Assembly: GCA_034115825.1 (NCBI GenBank)
Contig: JAXESU010000004.1
Location: 205,237-269,236 of the forward strand
From: Bacilli bacterium
GTDB taxonomy: Bacteria; Bacillota_I; Bacilli_A; RFN20; UBA1709
Length of the DNA: 64,000 nt
Direction of reading: 5' to 3'
Position numbers and translations under genes: made by a program. The notes under the pieces are model-generated. The model saw nothing but the letters and a program-made list of their open reading frames with translations, searched no databases and was not told the origin of the DNA. This document shows positions 20,650 to 29,956 of this stretch, one piece after another (the first letter of the stretch is position 1; the number at the start of each line of letters is the position of its first letter).

Positions 20650-21426
20650 TTACTCCTTTATAATATCAATTAATCGTTTTTCTGTGATTTTTATATATTC
20701 TTCTTCTTTTTCAATACCGATATACCTTCTATTTAATTTATAAGCGACAATTCCAGTAGTTCCACTACCATTAAATGGATCTAAGATAATATCATTTTCT
20801 TTAGTTGAAGCTAAAATAATTCTTTCTAATAATGATTCTGGTTTTTGTGTTGGGTGTTTTCCAAACACTTTTTCTTTTTTTAAAGGCAAATTTATTAACC
20901 AAACATCTTTCATTTGTTTATCATTATTTAGTTCTTTCATTAATGAATAATTAAAGTAATGTTTTCCTTTTTTATTTTGCGAAATTTGTTTTCTAGCCCA
21001 TATAATTGTCTCAGTTGAATGAGTGAATGAACGACACGCTAAATTAGGAGCAGGATTAGGTTTTTGCCAAGTAATATTATTGATAATTGAAAATCCCTCC
21101 ATTTCTAAAGCAACTCCAATTGAATAAATATTATGATAAGTACCACTAATCCAAATACTTCCATTATCCTTTAGAGCTTCTCTGCATAATTTTAACCACT
21201 TACGACTATATTTGATTTTCTTTTCAATAGTCATATTAGTTTTATCCCATTCACCTTTATTAACCGATACTTGTTTGCCTCCACTACAAGATATTCCATC
21301 ATTAGATAAAAAATATGGTGGATCAGCAAAAATCATATCAATACTTTTCGGTTCAATCTTCCTTAATTGTTTAAAACAGTCACCTTTTATAATTTTAAAT
21401 TTTTGATCATCATAAACTTTTTCCAT
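20650..21426 (-). CDS. DNA methyltransferase, DpnA (M2.DpnII)-like, beta-class with a DPPY motif
   Basis: 258 aa. FADPPYFLSNDGIS, NITWQKPNPAPNL and HPTQKPE..LERIILASTKE motifs, similar to DpnA. Confidence 0.8.
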   Translation of the reverse strand: MEKVYDDQKFKIIKGDCFKQLRKIEPKSIDMIFADPPYFLSNDGISCSGGKQVSVNKGEWDKTNMTIEKKIKYSRKWLKLCREALKDNGSIWISGTYHNIYSIGVALEMEGFSIINNITWQKPNPAPNLACRSFTHSTETIIWARKQISQNKKGKHYFNYSLMKELNNDKQMKDVWLINLPLKKEKVFGKHPTQKPESLLERIILASTKENDIILDPFNGSGTTGIVAYKLNRRYIGIEKEEEYIKITEKRLIDIIKE

Positions 21427-21434
21427 ATATTCAC

Positions 21435-22475
21435 CTAATAATTTGTGATGATAACTTCAAAAACATTACCACGTCCACTAGACTTAGAATTAATCATTCT
21501 TTTAGCTTCAACAATGTGAATATTGTATCCCGAGTATAGTTCATTTATAAAAGGAGTATTGTGATTTGAAAACATAACATAAACACCTTTTTCATCTAGA
21601 TCTTTAAACACTTTTGCTAGTCTAACTTGCTCTTCTTTACCAAATCCTTCTTTACTGTAATCAACAAATCCATTTTTATCTGGGAAAACATCATATGGTG
21701 GGTCAAAATAAACAAAATCACCTTTTTTGGCATTTTTGACAGCTTCTTCAAAATCTAATTGAGTTACATTAATTGAGCAATCCTTAAAATATCTAATTAA
21801 TTCAATCATATTGTTACGATCAAAAGTCGATACTTTTTCTTTATGTCCAGATGGAACATTAAAATATCCTTTTGCATTAACTCGATATAAACCATTAAAA
21901 CAAGCTTTGTTTAAATAAATTATTCTTGCTGCTCTAATATATTGAGGTAGAGTAATAAAATTGTCATTTCTATCCATCTCACGAATTTGATAATAGTATT
22001 CTTCATTATGATTTTGTTCATGTTTAATTAATTCATCAATCATTCTATTGGCATCTTCTTGATTTTTTAAACACTTATAAACACTAATTAATTCAGAATT
22101 TATATCATTAATATAAGCCATTTTAGGAGTCAAATCAAAAAACAATGCTCCACCACCAACAAATGGCTCATAATATATATTATAGTCTTTTGGCATAAAT
22201 TCCTTTAATTTTGTTAATAACTGTGTTTTACCCCCAGCCCATTTAACAAATGGTTTAACATCGTGTACATATTCAAAAGACATCAACTCAGGTATAGTAA
22301 CATTCAATGCACTACTTAATTTATTGATAGTTTCAAGAGTAACATTTACTTTACCTTGCTCAATTTTTGATATTTGTGCCCTTTCAATTCCGGTTAAATT
22401 AGATAATTCTAATTGAGAAATATCTAATATTGTTCTTAACTCTTTTATTCTATTTCCAAATAAAATTTGTAACAT
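21435..22475 (-). CDS. Dam-type N6-adenine (GATC) methyltransferase with an N-terminal XRE-family helix-turn-helix domain
   Basis: Start set at MLQILFGNRIKELR (ATG at 22475, RBS GGAG). The first 60 aa form an XRE HTH (ISQLELSNLTGIERAQISKIEQGK). The remainder has DpnM/Dam motifs (VKWAGGKTQLL, EPFVGGGALFF, YFDPPYD). Confidence 0.8.
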   Translation of the reverse strand: MLQILFGNRIKELRTILDISQLELSNLTGIERAQISKIEQGKVNVTLETINKLSSALNVTIPELMSFEYVHDVKPFVKWAGGKTQLLTKLKEFMPKDYNIYYEPFVGGGALFFDLTPKMAYINDINSELISVYKCLKNQEDANRMIDELIKHEQNHNEEYYYQIREMDRNDNFITLPQYIRAARIIYLNKACFNGLYRVNAKGYFNVPSGHKEKVSTFDRNNMIELIRYFKDCSINVTQLDFEEAVKNAKKGDFVYFDPPYDVFPDKNGFVDYSKEGFGKEEQVRLAKVFKDLDEKGVYVMFSNHNTPFINELYSGYNIHIVEAKRMINSKSSGRGNVFEVIITNY

Positions 22476-22508
22476 ATTTATCAACTCCAAATAAATTATA
22501 TCATAATT

Positions 22509-22530
22509 AATGTGTGTTATAATACACATT
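22509..22530. promoter_or_regulatory. Inverted repeat AATGTGT-N8-ACACATT; the spacer carries TATAAT
   Basis: Located in the divergent promoter between the HTH-methyltransferase gene (minus) and the second DpnA-like methyltransferase gene (plus). Confidence 0.4.
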
Positions 22531-22589
22531 TTTGTTTTTTAAAAGTTTTTTACTTTTTTTAACTATTAATATATTAAAGGAGTGATTAT

Positions 22590-23321
22590 ATGCTTTATAA
22601 CGATGATTGTATTAATGTTTTTAAAAAAATAACAGATAATAGTATTGATATGATTTTTGCTGATCCACCTTATTTTCTATCTAACAATGGATTAAGTATT
22701 CATAACGGAAAAATAGTCTCAGTAAATAAAGGAGAATGGGATAAAAAAGAAAACTATGAAGATGTAAAATTATTTAATGAAACATGGTTAAAAGAATGTT
22801 ATCGTGTATTAAAAGATGGTTCATCTTTATGGGTAAGTGGTACACAACATAATATCTTTGATATAAGAGAAATCATTTTAAAATTAGGGTTTAAAATTCA
22901 AAACATAATAATTTGGCATAAAATTGACCCTCCACCTCTTATATTTAAAACTAGATTTAAATTTTCTTATGAATTTATTATTTGGGCTACTAAAGGAAAA
23001 AACAATTCTTTTAATTATGAAGAAGTATTTAAAATAAATAATGAAGAAATGCACGATGTTTGGAATATCGGAGCAGTAAAAAAGGATGAAAAGCTTTTTG
23101 GCTATCATCCTACACAAAAACCAGAAAAATTATTAGAAATTATTATTAAATCCACATCAAAAGTCAATGATATTATCTTAGATCCATTTATGGGAAGTGG
23201 AACTACTTGTTATGTGGCAAAAAAATTAAATAGAAGATATATTGGAATTGAAAAAAACGAAGAATATTTTATAATATCTAAATCAAGAATAACAAATATA
23301 AAAATTACTCATATAAATTAA
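22590..23321 (+). CDS. Second DpnA-like DNA methyltransferase (paralog)
   Basis: 243 aa. FADPPYFLSNNG, HPTQKPEKLLEIIIKST, DPFMGSGTT. Divergently transcribed from the other R-M genes. Confidence 0.75.
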   Translation: MLYNDDCINVFKKITDNSIDMIFADPPYFLSNNGLSIHNGKIVSVNKGEWDKKENYEDVKLFNETWLKECYRVLKDGSSLWVSGTQHNIFDIREIILKLGFKIQNIIIWHKIDPPPLIFKTRFKFSYEFIIWATKGKNNSFNYEEVFKINNEEMHDVWNIGAVKKDEKLFGYHPTQKPEKLLEIIIKSTSKVNDIILDPFMGSGTTCYVAKKLNRRYIGIEKNEEYFIISKSRITNIKITHIN

Positions 23322-23489
23322 CAATTGCATATAAATAAAGATTCTCTTCATGCGTAATAAAATTAATAATCTTTATTTAAGGACACATTATATTTACGTA
23401 TAATTGAAATAAATAATTTTAAGTATCATTTAACGAATTATAATAAAAAGCGTTAGAATCACTTCTAACACTTTTTAACTTAATAAACA

Positions 23490-24332
23490 TTATCGATTTA
23501 TTGATATGTTTTTCTTCATTTTGATTACATATTCCAGTTGTAAAGGAGATAAATATCCATCCTTCACTTTTTTACTTGTTAATACTTTATTTTTATATTT
23601 AATATCATAGAATGAGTAACCTTTTATAGCATAAAAATCTAAGCCAAAATATATTAAAGCCAAATCTGTCATCAACTCATTTTTATCTGTAAAATTTAGA
23701 TTATTAATGTGAAAATAATAATGGATACATTCATGAAAACAAATAGTTAAAAGTCGATAAATATTCATTCCATTGTATATTACTATATTTATTTCGCAAC
23801 CTTCATCTGCAATAATATTTATCCAACCAGCATAATTGTTTTTAACAATACCTCGTTTAATCGTATTAACTACTATGTTACCTTCTAAATTTAAGTATTT
23901 AATAATTCGATTTATAATTTGTTTAACGTCGTATTCAGTTGCAATATATTTTTTATTATAATGCCTAATTATCCAATCAAAATTATCTTGAAAAGTATCA
24001 AAACTTATTGATTCGACTATCATAGAATTACTTAATTCGATCCATAAATCTTCTAACATTTTTTCATCATCATAGCTTATAATCTCATAAATATTTTCTT
24101 TTTTATAAAAAATGTCTTCATTAAAACTCTTCATTTTAAATGCTGATTTTGACTCTCTGGCAATAATATACATTAATAGACTTCTTCTATCTAATATCAT
24201 AAGTATCAAATAGTACACAACAAGTATTACATCAAGTATTATTATTTTTGTGGACAAAATAAATAATATTATCAAATAAATCTGCATATAGATAATAGTC
24301 TTGATATATAGCGATAAATATATTCTTTTCAT
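23490..24332 (-). CDS. Membrane-anchored protein with an HExxH motif (putative ImmA/IrrE-like zinc metallopeptidase)
   Basis: 280 aa. N-terminal transmembrane segments. The HECIH motif (in CFHECIHYYFH) is the only signature seen. Confidence 0.3.
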   Translation of the reverse strand: MKRIYLSLYIKTIIYMQIYLIILFILSTKIIILDVILVVYYLILMILDRRSLLMYIIARESKSAFKMKSFNEDIFYKKENIYEIISYDDEKMLEDLWIELSNSMIVESISFDTFQDNFDWIIRHYNKKYIATEYDVKQIINRIIKYLNLEGNIVVNTIKRGIVKNNYAGWINIIADEGCEINIVIYNGMNIYRLLTICFHECIHYYFHINNLNFTDKNELMTDLALIYFGLDFYAIKGYSFYDIKYKNKVLTSKKVKDGYLSPLQLEYVIKMKKNISINR

Positions 24333-24347
24333 TCAATTTAAAAATAA

Positions 24348-24761
24348 TTAATGTCCAAAGGTATTTCTACAATATGCATCAACTTGATATTGTAAATTAT
24401 TGCTATTTTCATTTATTCTAAATTTCTTTTCGAACACTTTTTCAGCACCACAATTAGGACAAATTGCTCTAAATACAACAATAACTTCAATGGATGGATT
24501 ATAACCCTTGCCATATTCACTTTTTCTTTCTTGATAACTATATTCACAACCTTTTAAACTTCCACCGCATTTATCACAAACTTTTCTAGATGATTGTGTG
24601 GCACTTATATACCATAAAAATCCTATAGATGCAACAATTAATCCGGCAATTGTTAAAGCCCCATTGACACTTATTCCAATGGTTACTAAAATGAACCCAA
24701 TAGCAAATAATACTCCAGCTTTTATTCTTTTCGATGTGTGTGGATTTTTCATTAACTTCAC
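24348..24761 (-). CDS. Zinc-ribbon membrane protein
   Basis: 137 aa. N-terminal transmembrane hairpin, then CDKCGG...C and CPNCG Cys pairs. Confidence 0.4.
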   Translation of the reverse strand: MKLMKNPHTSKRIKAGVLFAIGFILVTIGISVNGALTIAGLIVASIGFLWYISATQSSRKVCDKCGGSLKGCEYSYQERKSEYGKGYNPSIEVIVVFRAICPNCGAEKVFEKKFRINENSNNLQYQVDAYCRNTFGH

Positions 24762-24780
24762 CCCCTTTTCTCTATAATAA

Positions 24781-24789
24781 CCCCCCCCC
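24781..24789. repeat. C9 (G9 on the coding strand) homopolymeric tract immediately upstream of the zinc-ribbon membrane protein gene
   Basis: Nine consecutive C residues in a genome of about 28% GC. It sits between a putative -10-like TATTATAG and upstream sequence, about 35 nt from the ATG. Confidence 0.9.
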
Positions 24790-25043
24790 GAAAAATCAAC
24801 TACATTTTATATTTTTTTGTTTTTTATCAAATTTCAACAAACTTTTATCATTTTTTATATATTCCGATATAAATATCATAAGCATATAATTTCAGTTAAT
24901 ATTCGTTGTTATTCTTAATTTTCCAATAAAAAAAGCAAATTTGTTTATTCAATTTCTTACATTTTTAAATAAAGAAATACTTAAACTAAATTTGCTAATT
25001 TGAATTTTGTTTTTTATAACTCTTTTTAAAATATTAATAATTT

Positions 25044-25128
25044 TGGTGCGGCCAATGAGACTTGAACTCACACGAATTTAATCATACGCCCCTCAAACGT
25101 ACGCGTCTACCAATTCCGCCATGACCGC
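25044..25128 (-). tRNA. tRNA-Leu (anticodon GAG)
   Basis: Manual fold: acceptor GCGGTCA/TGGCCGC, D-arm, anticodon stem TACGT/GCGTA with loop TTGAGGG, long variable arm, T-arm GAGTTCAAGTCTC, and 3' CCA encoded. Confidence 0.85.
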
Positions 25129-25202
25129 ATTTACGATATTATTATAACAATTTTATCATTTTTTTCAATAATAAAAGTCCTTCATTTGAAGGACTTAATA
25201 AA

Positions 25203-26198
25203 CTATGCAGTTTGAAGAATCTTATCGATATTAGTTTTAATTTCTTCTTTAACACCTAGGTTATTTAAAACCGTATCTAAAGTCTCTTTTTGTTCACTTG
25301 TAACGGTGATTGTTTGAGTAGCATTACCACTTTCATCAATTAAAGGATCACTTACTTGTGTTAAAATACTTTCAATTGGTTCAACATATTGACCTTTAAT
25401 TGGTTCTGGTAATTTATTAACAATTTCAGAGAAAACAATCATATCATCTACTAATTGATTAGCTTTTTCTTGATTTAAATTACCTTCACTATCAACATAT
25501 TCATTAATAATTGTTCCATCTTGATATGAATCTAATAAATCACCGACACGACTAAACGTTGATGTATAACGATCAATATCTTCTTTACTAGCATCTTCAC
25601 CTGCAAAATAACGAGCTGCTAAACTTTCGACAGAGTAAGGTAAATCATTTTTTTCTAATACTAATTGCACTTTATTAGTTAATTGATAAATTTGTTTTAA
25701 ACCGAATGAATTATTAATTAATTCTTCGCCACCTTTAAAGATCATTGGAGAAGCAAAAATAGCTAGTAAAACCATACAAATAGCTAGATTAATAATCAGT
25801 TGCCAAATAGCTCCTAATGTTCTTCCAATTAATCCTTTTCCTCTAAATAATGTTCTAATTAATAAATTGATGATTAATTTTAAAATTCCATAAACAATTA
25901 ATATACCAATGATAACTAAAACAATATAAGCAGGTCTAGTTAATAATCCTGAAATTAAGGTTGCAAAATCCCCAGTAAAGGTTTTATTAACAAAATTTTG
26001 AATCCATCCAGTATTCTCTAAACTTGTCGCAAGTGGTGGAACCATAAAAATCATTGCAAAAATTAAAACAACAAATAAAAGAAAATCAAATAACTTTTTA
26101 AATATCCCATCTTTTAATCCACTAATTACACCAAGAACCAAAATTAATAAAATTGGAATTTGGATAAAAAGAGGATTTAAGTTACTTACATCGATCAT
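25203..26198 (-). CDS. Membrane protein (N-terminal multi-TM domain, tentative CvpA-like resemblance, plus a soluble C-terminal domain)
   Basis: 331 aa. Four or five transmembrane segments, then an acidic soluble region. Confidence 0.3.
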   Translation of the reverse strand: MIDVSNLNPLFIQIPILLILVLGVISGLKDGIFKKLFDFLLFVVLIFAMIFMVPPLATSLENTGWIQNFVNKTFTGDFATLISGLLTRPAYIVLVIIGILIVYGILKLIINLLIRTLFRGKGLIGRTLGAIWQLIINLAICMVLLAIFASPMIFKGGEELINNSFGLKQIYQLTNKVQLVLEKNDLPYSVESLAARYFAGEDASKEDIDRYTSTFSRVGDLLDSYQDGTIINEYVDSEGNLNQEKANQLVDDMIVFSEIVNKLPEPIKGQYVEPIESILTQVSDPLIDESGNATQTITVTSEQKETLDTVLNNLGVKEEIKTNIDKILQTA

Positions 26199-26313
26199 AT
26201 AAATCTCTCCTTTTTTTAATTATGTTAGCATAATTAATTACACTTTTCAAATCAATAAAAAATAGGGATTTTTAATTTCCCTATTTTTGTAATTATCTTT
26301 AGTTTACAATCAA

Positions 26314-27069
26314 TTATGCAACTTTACTAATTAAATTAATAAATTTTTGAGCGTCAAGCGAAGCACCACCAACTAAAACACCATTGATATCTTCACTTTC
26401 CATATATTCTTTAACGTTTTCTTCTTTAACACTACCACCGTATTGGATTAAAACACTATTACTAGTTTCTTCATCATATAATCCTTTAACAGTTTCACGA
26501 ATGAAATGGCATACATCACTAGCGATTTCTTTTGATGCATTTTTACCTGTACCAATTGACCAAACCGGTTCGTAAGCAATAACCATTTTCTTAACGTCTT
26601 CTTTACTAATATTAGCTAAGCCTTCTTTTAATTGAGCAAAGATAACATCTTTAGTTTGACCACTTTCATATTGATCTAGTGTTTCACCAACACAATAAAT
26701 TGGAGTAAAGTTATTAGCAAATAAAGCAACTAACTTTTTGTTACATGTAGCATTAGTTTCATTAAAGTAAGTTCTTCTTTCACTATGACCTACTAAACTA
26801 TAATTAATGCCAATTTCTTGAAGCATATTAATAGCAACTTCACCTGTAAAAGCACCTTTAGGTTCAAAGTAAACATTTTGAGCACTTACAACGAAAGAAG
26901 TAGCGATATTTTTAACACTTTCTAGACTTAAGAAAGATGGAGCAACACCAATAATAAAGTCTTTATTACTAACTTTTTTAGCATATTCATCAAAGATAGT
27001 CGCAAACTCTTTTGCTTCTTTGATTGTGTGATTCATCTTCCAGTTACCGATAATAATTACTCTTTTCAT
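26314..27069 (-). CDS. tpiA: Triosephosphate isomerase
   Basis: Start at MKRVIIIGNWKMNHT (ATG at 27069), 13 nt after the pgk stop. Motifs AYEPVWSIGTG and GGASL. Confidence 0.9.
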   Translation of the reverse strand: MKRVIIIGNWKMNHTIKEAKEFATIFDEYAKKVSNKDFIIGVAPSFLSLESVKNIATSFVVSAQNVYFEPKGAFTGEVAINMLQEIGINYSLVGHSERRTYFNETNATCNKKLVALFANNFTPIYCVGETLDQYESGQTKDVIFAQLKEGLANISKEDVKKMVIAYEPVWSIGTGKNASKEIASDVCHFIRETVKGLYDEETSNSVLIQYGGSVKEENVKEYMESEDINGVLVGGASLDAQKFINLISKVA

Positions 27070-27082
27070 AAAACTTACCTCA

Positions 27083-28294
27083 TTATTTATCTTGAATAAC
27101 ATCAATGCCTGGTAAGTGACCATCATTTTCAATCATTTCTAATGAAGCACCACCGCCGGTCGAAACATGTGAGAACTTATCTTTATAACCAAGTTTTAAA
27201 GCAGCACTAGCACTATCGCCACCACCAATTACACTAAAGACACCAGTAACTTCAGTGATTGCTTTACAAACACTTGTTGTACCTTTAGCGAATAAATCAT
27301 TTTCAAAAACGCCCATTGGACCATTCCAGAAAACCATTTTAGCGCTATGAATAATATTAGTGAATTCTTTAATTGATTCTTCACCAATATCAACGCCTTC
27401 ATAACCAAAAGGAATAGTTCTACCATTTGATTTTGTAATCTTTGTAGGTTCTTTAAAATTATCTGTACAAACAAAGTCTACTGGTAAAACAATTTTATCT
27501 TTTCCTTCGCTTAAACATTTACTAGCAAAATCTAAAGAAGCTTCTTCAACTAATGAATTACCAACATCATAACCTAAAGATTTTAAGAAAGTATAAGCCA
27601 TAGCTCCACCGATAATAATCTTATCAGCTTTTTTCATTAAACCTTCAATTACTTTAATCTTATCACTAACTTTAACGCCACCTAAAACAGCAACGTAAGG
27701 ATGAACATCACCGATAACACACTTTGTTAATGATTTAACTTCTTTTTCAACTAAGAAACCAATAGCAGTTTCTTTACCTTGTTTATCCATAACACTTGGA
27801 ATACCATATGTTGAAGCGTGAGCTCTATGAGCACTACCAAAAGCATCCATAACATAAGCATCACCTAAAGAAGCCCAATATTCACCTAATTCAGGATCAT
27901 TTTTTTCTTCGCCTTTTAAGTAACGAGTATTTTGCATTAATAAAACTTCACCTGGTTTTAAATCCTTAACCATTTGTTCTAATTTAGAACCTTTATTTTC
28001 GTCACAGTAATGGAATTTATCACCAAAAATTTCTTCTAAACGATAAGTAATAAACTTCATATCGTTTTTCTTCATATCTTTTTTAGCTTGTTCTTCATCT
28101 TTATGTTTAACTTTACCTAAGTGAGATAATAAGACGACTTTAGCACCATTTTCTAATAAATAATTTATTGTTGGTAAAGCTTGGATAATACGGTTATCAT
28201 CACTAATTTTACCATCAATTAAAGGTACGTTAAAATCGACTCTAACGATGACAGTTTTGTTATTAACATTTAAGTCAGTTACAATTTTTTTCAT
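27083..28294 (-). CDS. pgk: Phosphoglycerate kinase
   Basis: 403 aa. VRVDFNVP and GGGA motifs. Confidence 0.9.
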   Translation of the reverse strand: MKKIVTDLNVNNKTVIVRVDFNVPLIDGKISDDNRIIQALPTINYLLENGAKVVLLSHLGKVKHKDEEQAKKDMKKNDMKFITYRLEEIFGDKFHYCDENKGSKLEQMVKDLKPGEVLLMQNTRYLKGEEKNDPELGEYWASLGDAYVMDAFGSAHRAHASTYGIPSVMDKQGKETAIGFLVEKEVKSLTKCVIGDVHPYVAVLGGVKVSDKIKVIEGLMKKADKIIIGGAMAYTFLKSLGYDVGNSLVEEASLDFASKCLSEGKDKIVLPVDFVCTDNFKEPTKITKSNGRTIPFGYEGVDIGEESIKEFTNIIHSAKMVFWNGPMGVFENDLFAKGTTSVCKAITEVTGVFSVIGGGDSASAALKLGYKDKFSHVSTGGGASLEMIENDGHLPGIDVIQDK

Positions 28295-28364
28295 TTTTCT
28301 ATTCTCCTTTTTATCTTAATAAAAAAGTAGCACTTTATATAAAAGCGCTACTTTTCAAAGTAAA

Positions 28365-29396
28365 CTATTTAACGCCTAGAACTTCTGCGTAGGCTTTTGC
28401 TAAACGGATGTATTGGCAAGTATATGAATATTCATTATCATACCAAGAAACAACTTTAACAACTTGTTTACCTTCTGGTAAAGTTAAAACCATTGTTTGA
28501 GTTTCATCAAATAATGAACCTTCAGTAATACCTAAAATATCACTTGAAACGATTGGATCTTCAGTATAACCTAAAACACCTTTTAAGTAAGTTTCTGAAG
28601 CTTCTTTCATTAATTTGTTAATTTCTTCTTTAGTAGTTTCTTTCTTTAATGTTAATGATAAGTCAACTAAAGAACCATCAACTACTGGAACACGAACAGC
28701 ACCACCGTGTAATCTACCTTTTAATGAAGGAATTACTAAGTGGATAGCTTTTGCAGCACCAGTTGAAGAAGGAACGATGTTTGCAGCACAAGCACGGCCT
28801 CTTCTAAAGTCTTTTTCTTTAACTAAGTCTAATGAAGTTTGGTCATTTGTATAAGCGTGAACAGTAGTCATGAAACCACCTTCAACGCCAAAATTATCTT
28901 CTAAAACTTTCATAACTGGGGCTAAGCAGTTTGTTGTACAAGAAGCACCAGAAATAACTTTCATATCTTTTGTTAATTTATCTGAGTTAACACCATAAAC
29001 GAATGTTGGAGTTGTTTGATCAGCTGGAGCACTGATAATAACACCTTTAGCACCACCGACTTCAACGTGAACTTTAGCATCTTCATAGCCTTTGAATCTA
29101 CCTGTACATTCTAAAACGATGTCAACACCATAATCAGACCATTTAATTAAGTTAGGATCTTTTTGACCAATAACTGGAATCTTAACGCCATCGAAAACGA
29201 TGTTATTTTCTTCACTTGTTACTGTGTGACCCTTTAATGTTCTATGAGCTGAGTCATATTTTAATAAATAAGCTAAGTTTTTAGCACTACTTAAATCATT
29301 AATGGCAACGATTTCAAAATTACCGTCTTCAACCATTCTTCTGAATGCTAAACGGCCAATTCTACCAAAACCATTAATAGCTACTTTAATTTTCAT
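28365..29396 (-). CDS. gapA: Glyceraldehyde-3-phosphate dehydrogenase
   Basis: Start at MKIKVAINGFGRIGR (ATG at 29396, RBS AGGAGG). Active-site ASCTTNCLAP. Confidence 0.9.
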   Translation of the reverse strand: MKIKVAINGFGRIGRLAFRRMVEDGNFEIVAINDLSSAKNLAYLLKYDSAHRTLKGHTVTSEENNIVFDGVKIPVIGQKDPNLIKWSDYGVDIVLECTGRFKGYEDAKVHVEVGGAKGVIISAPADQTTPTFVYGVNSDKLTKDMKVISGASCTTNCLAPVMKVLEDNFGVEGGFMTTVHAYTNDQTSLDLVKEKDFRRGRACAANIVPSSTGAAKAIHLVIPSLKGRLHGGAVRVPVVDGSLVDLSLTLKKETTKEEINKLMKEASETYLKGVLGYTEDPIVSSDILGITEGSLFDETQTMVLTLPEGKQVVKVVSWYDNEYSYTCQYIRLAKAYAEVLGVK

Positions 29397-29545
29397 AATA
29401 TTATTTCCTCCTGTATTATTCATACGCTTTTATTATATTACAAATAATAAAAAAAGCAAGAAAAAAACGCTTTCTAAATAACATATTAAAAGATTATTTG
29501 AAAAAAATTGTAAAAGTTGTATAATAAAATAAACGAGGTGTTAAG

Positions 29546-29812
29546 ATGCAAAAACGTAATTATATTTTAAAATCAGTTAATGGATTATCTTCGAGATTAT
29601 CATGTAATTTAGTAAGTTTTGCAAATAGATTTAACTCACTAATTATTCTTCATTATGATGGCGAAGAAGCTAATTTAAAATCAATCATGAACGTTATGGC
29701 TTTAGTTATCCAAAACAATGAACCATTTGCTATTTCTTGCACTGGTGACGACGAAGAAGAGGCTATCAATAGCATTGATAACTATTTAAAAAACTTAGAT
29801 ATCATAGCATAA
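29546..29812 (+). CDS. HPr-like phosphocarrier paralog of Crh type (His15 replaced by Ser, Ser46 retained)
   Basis: 88 aa. GLSSRLS aligns to HPr GIHARPA and Crh GLQARPA. NLKSIMNVMAL aligns to the Ser46 region NLKSIMGVMSL. Confidence 0.65.
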   Translation: MQKRNYILKSVNGLSSRLSCNLVSFANRFNSLIILHYDGEEANLKSIMNVMALVIQNNEPFAISCTGDDEEEAINSIDNYLKNLDIIA

Positions 29813-29956
29813 AATTACACTTATTTTATGCTTTTTTCTTTATAGGGTTTATTTTTTCTCATTAGAGTGTTAATATTATGTTGTATTATTCACAAAATAG
29901 TTCGACTTATATTTTGTGGTAATAAAACTTTTTTCATTTAGGAGGAGAAAATTAAT

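Noticed and set aside
22476-22529. 18-aa N-terminal extension of the HTH-methyltransferase ORF
   Set aside because: Would place the start codon inside the operator palindrome with no RBS. The internal ATG at 22475 has GGAG at the right spacing and begins the XRE HTH.
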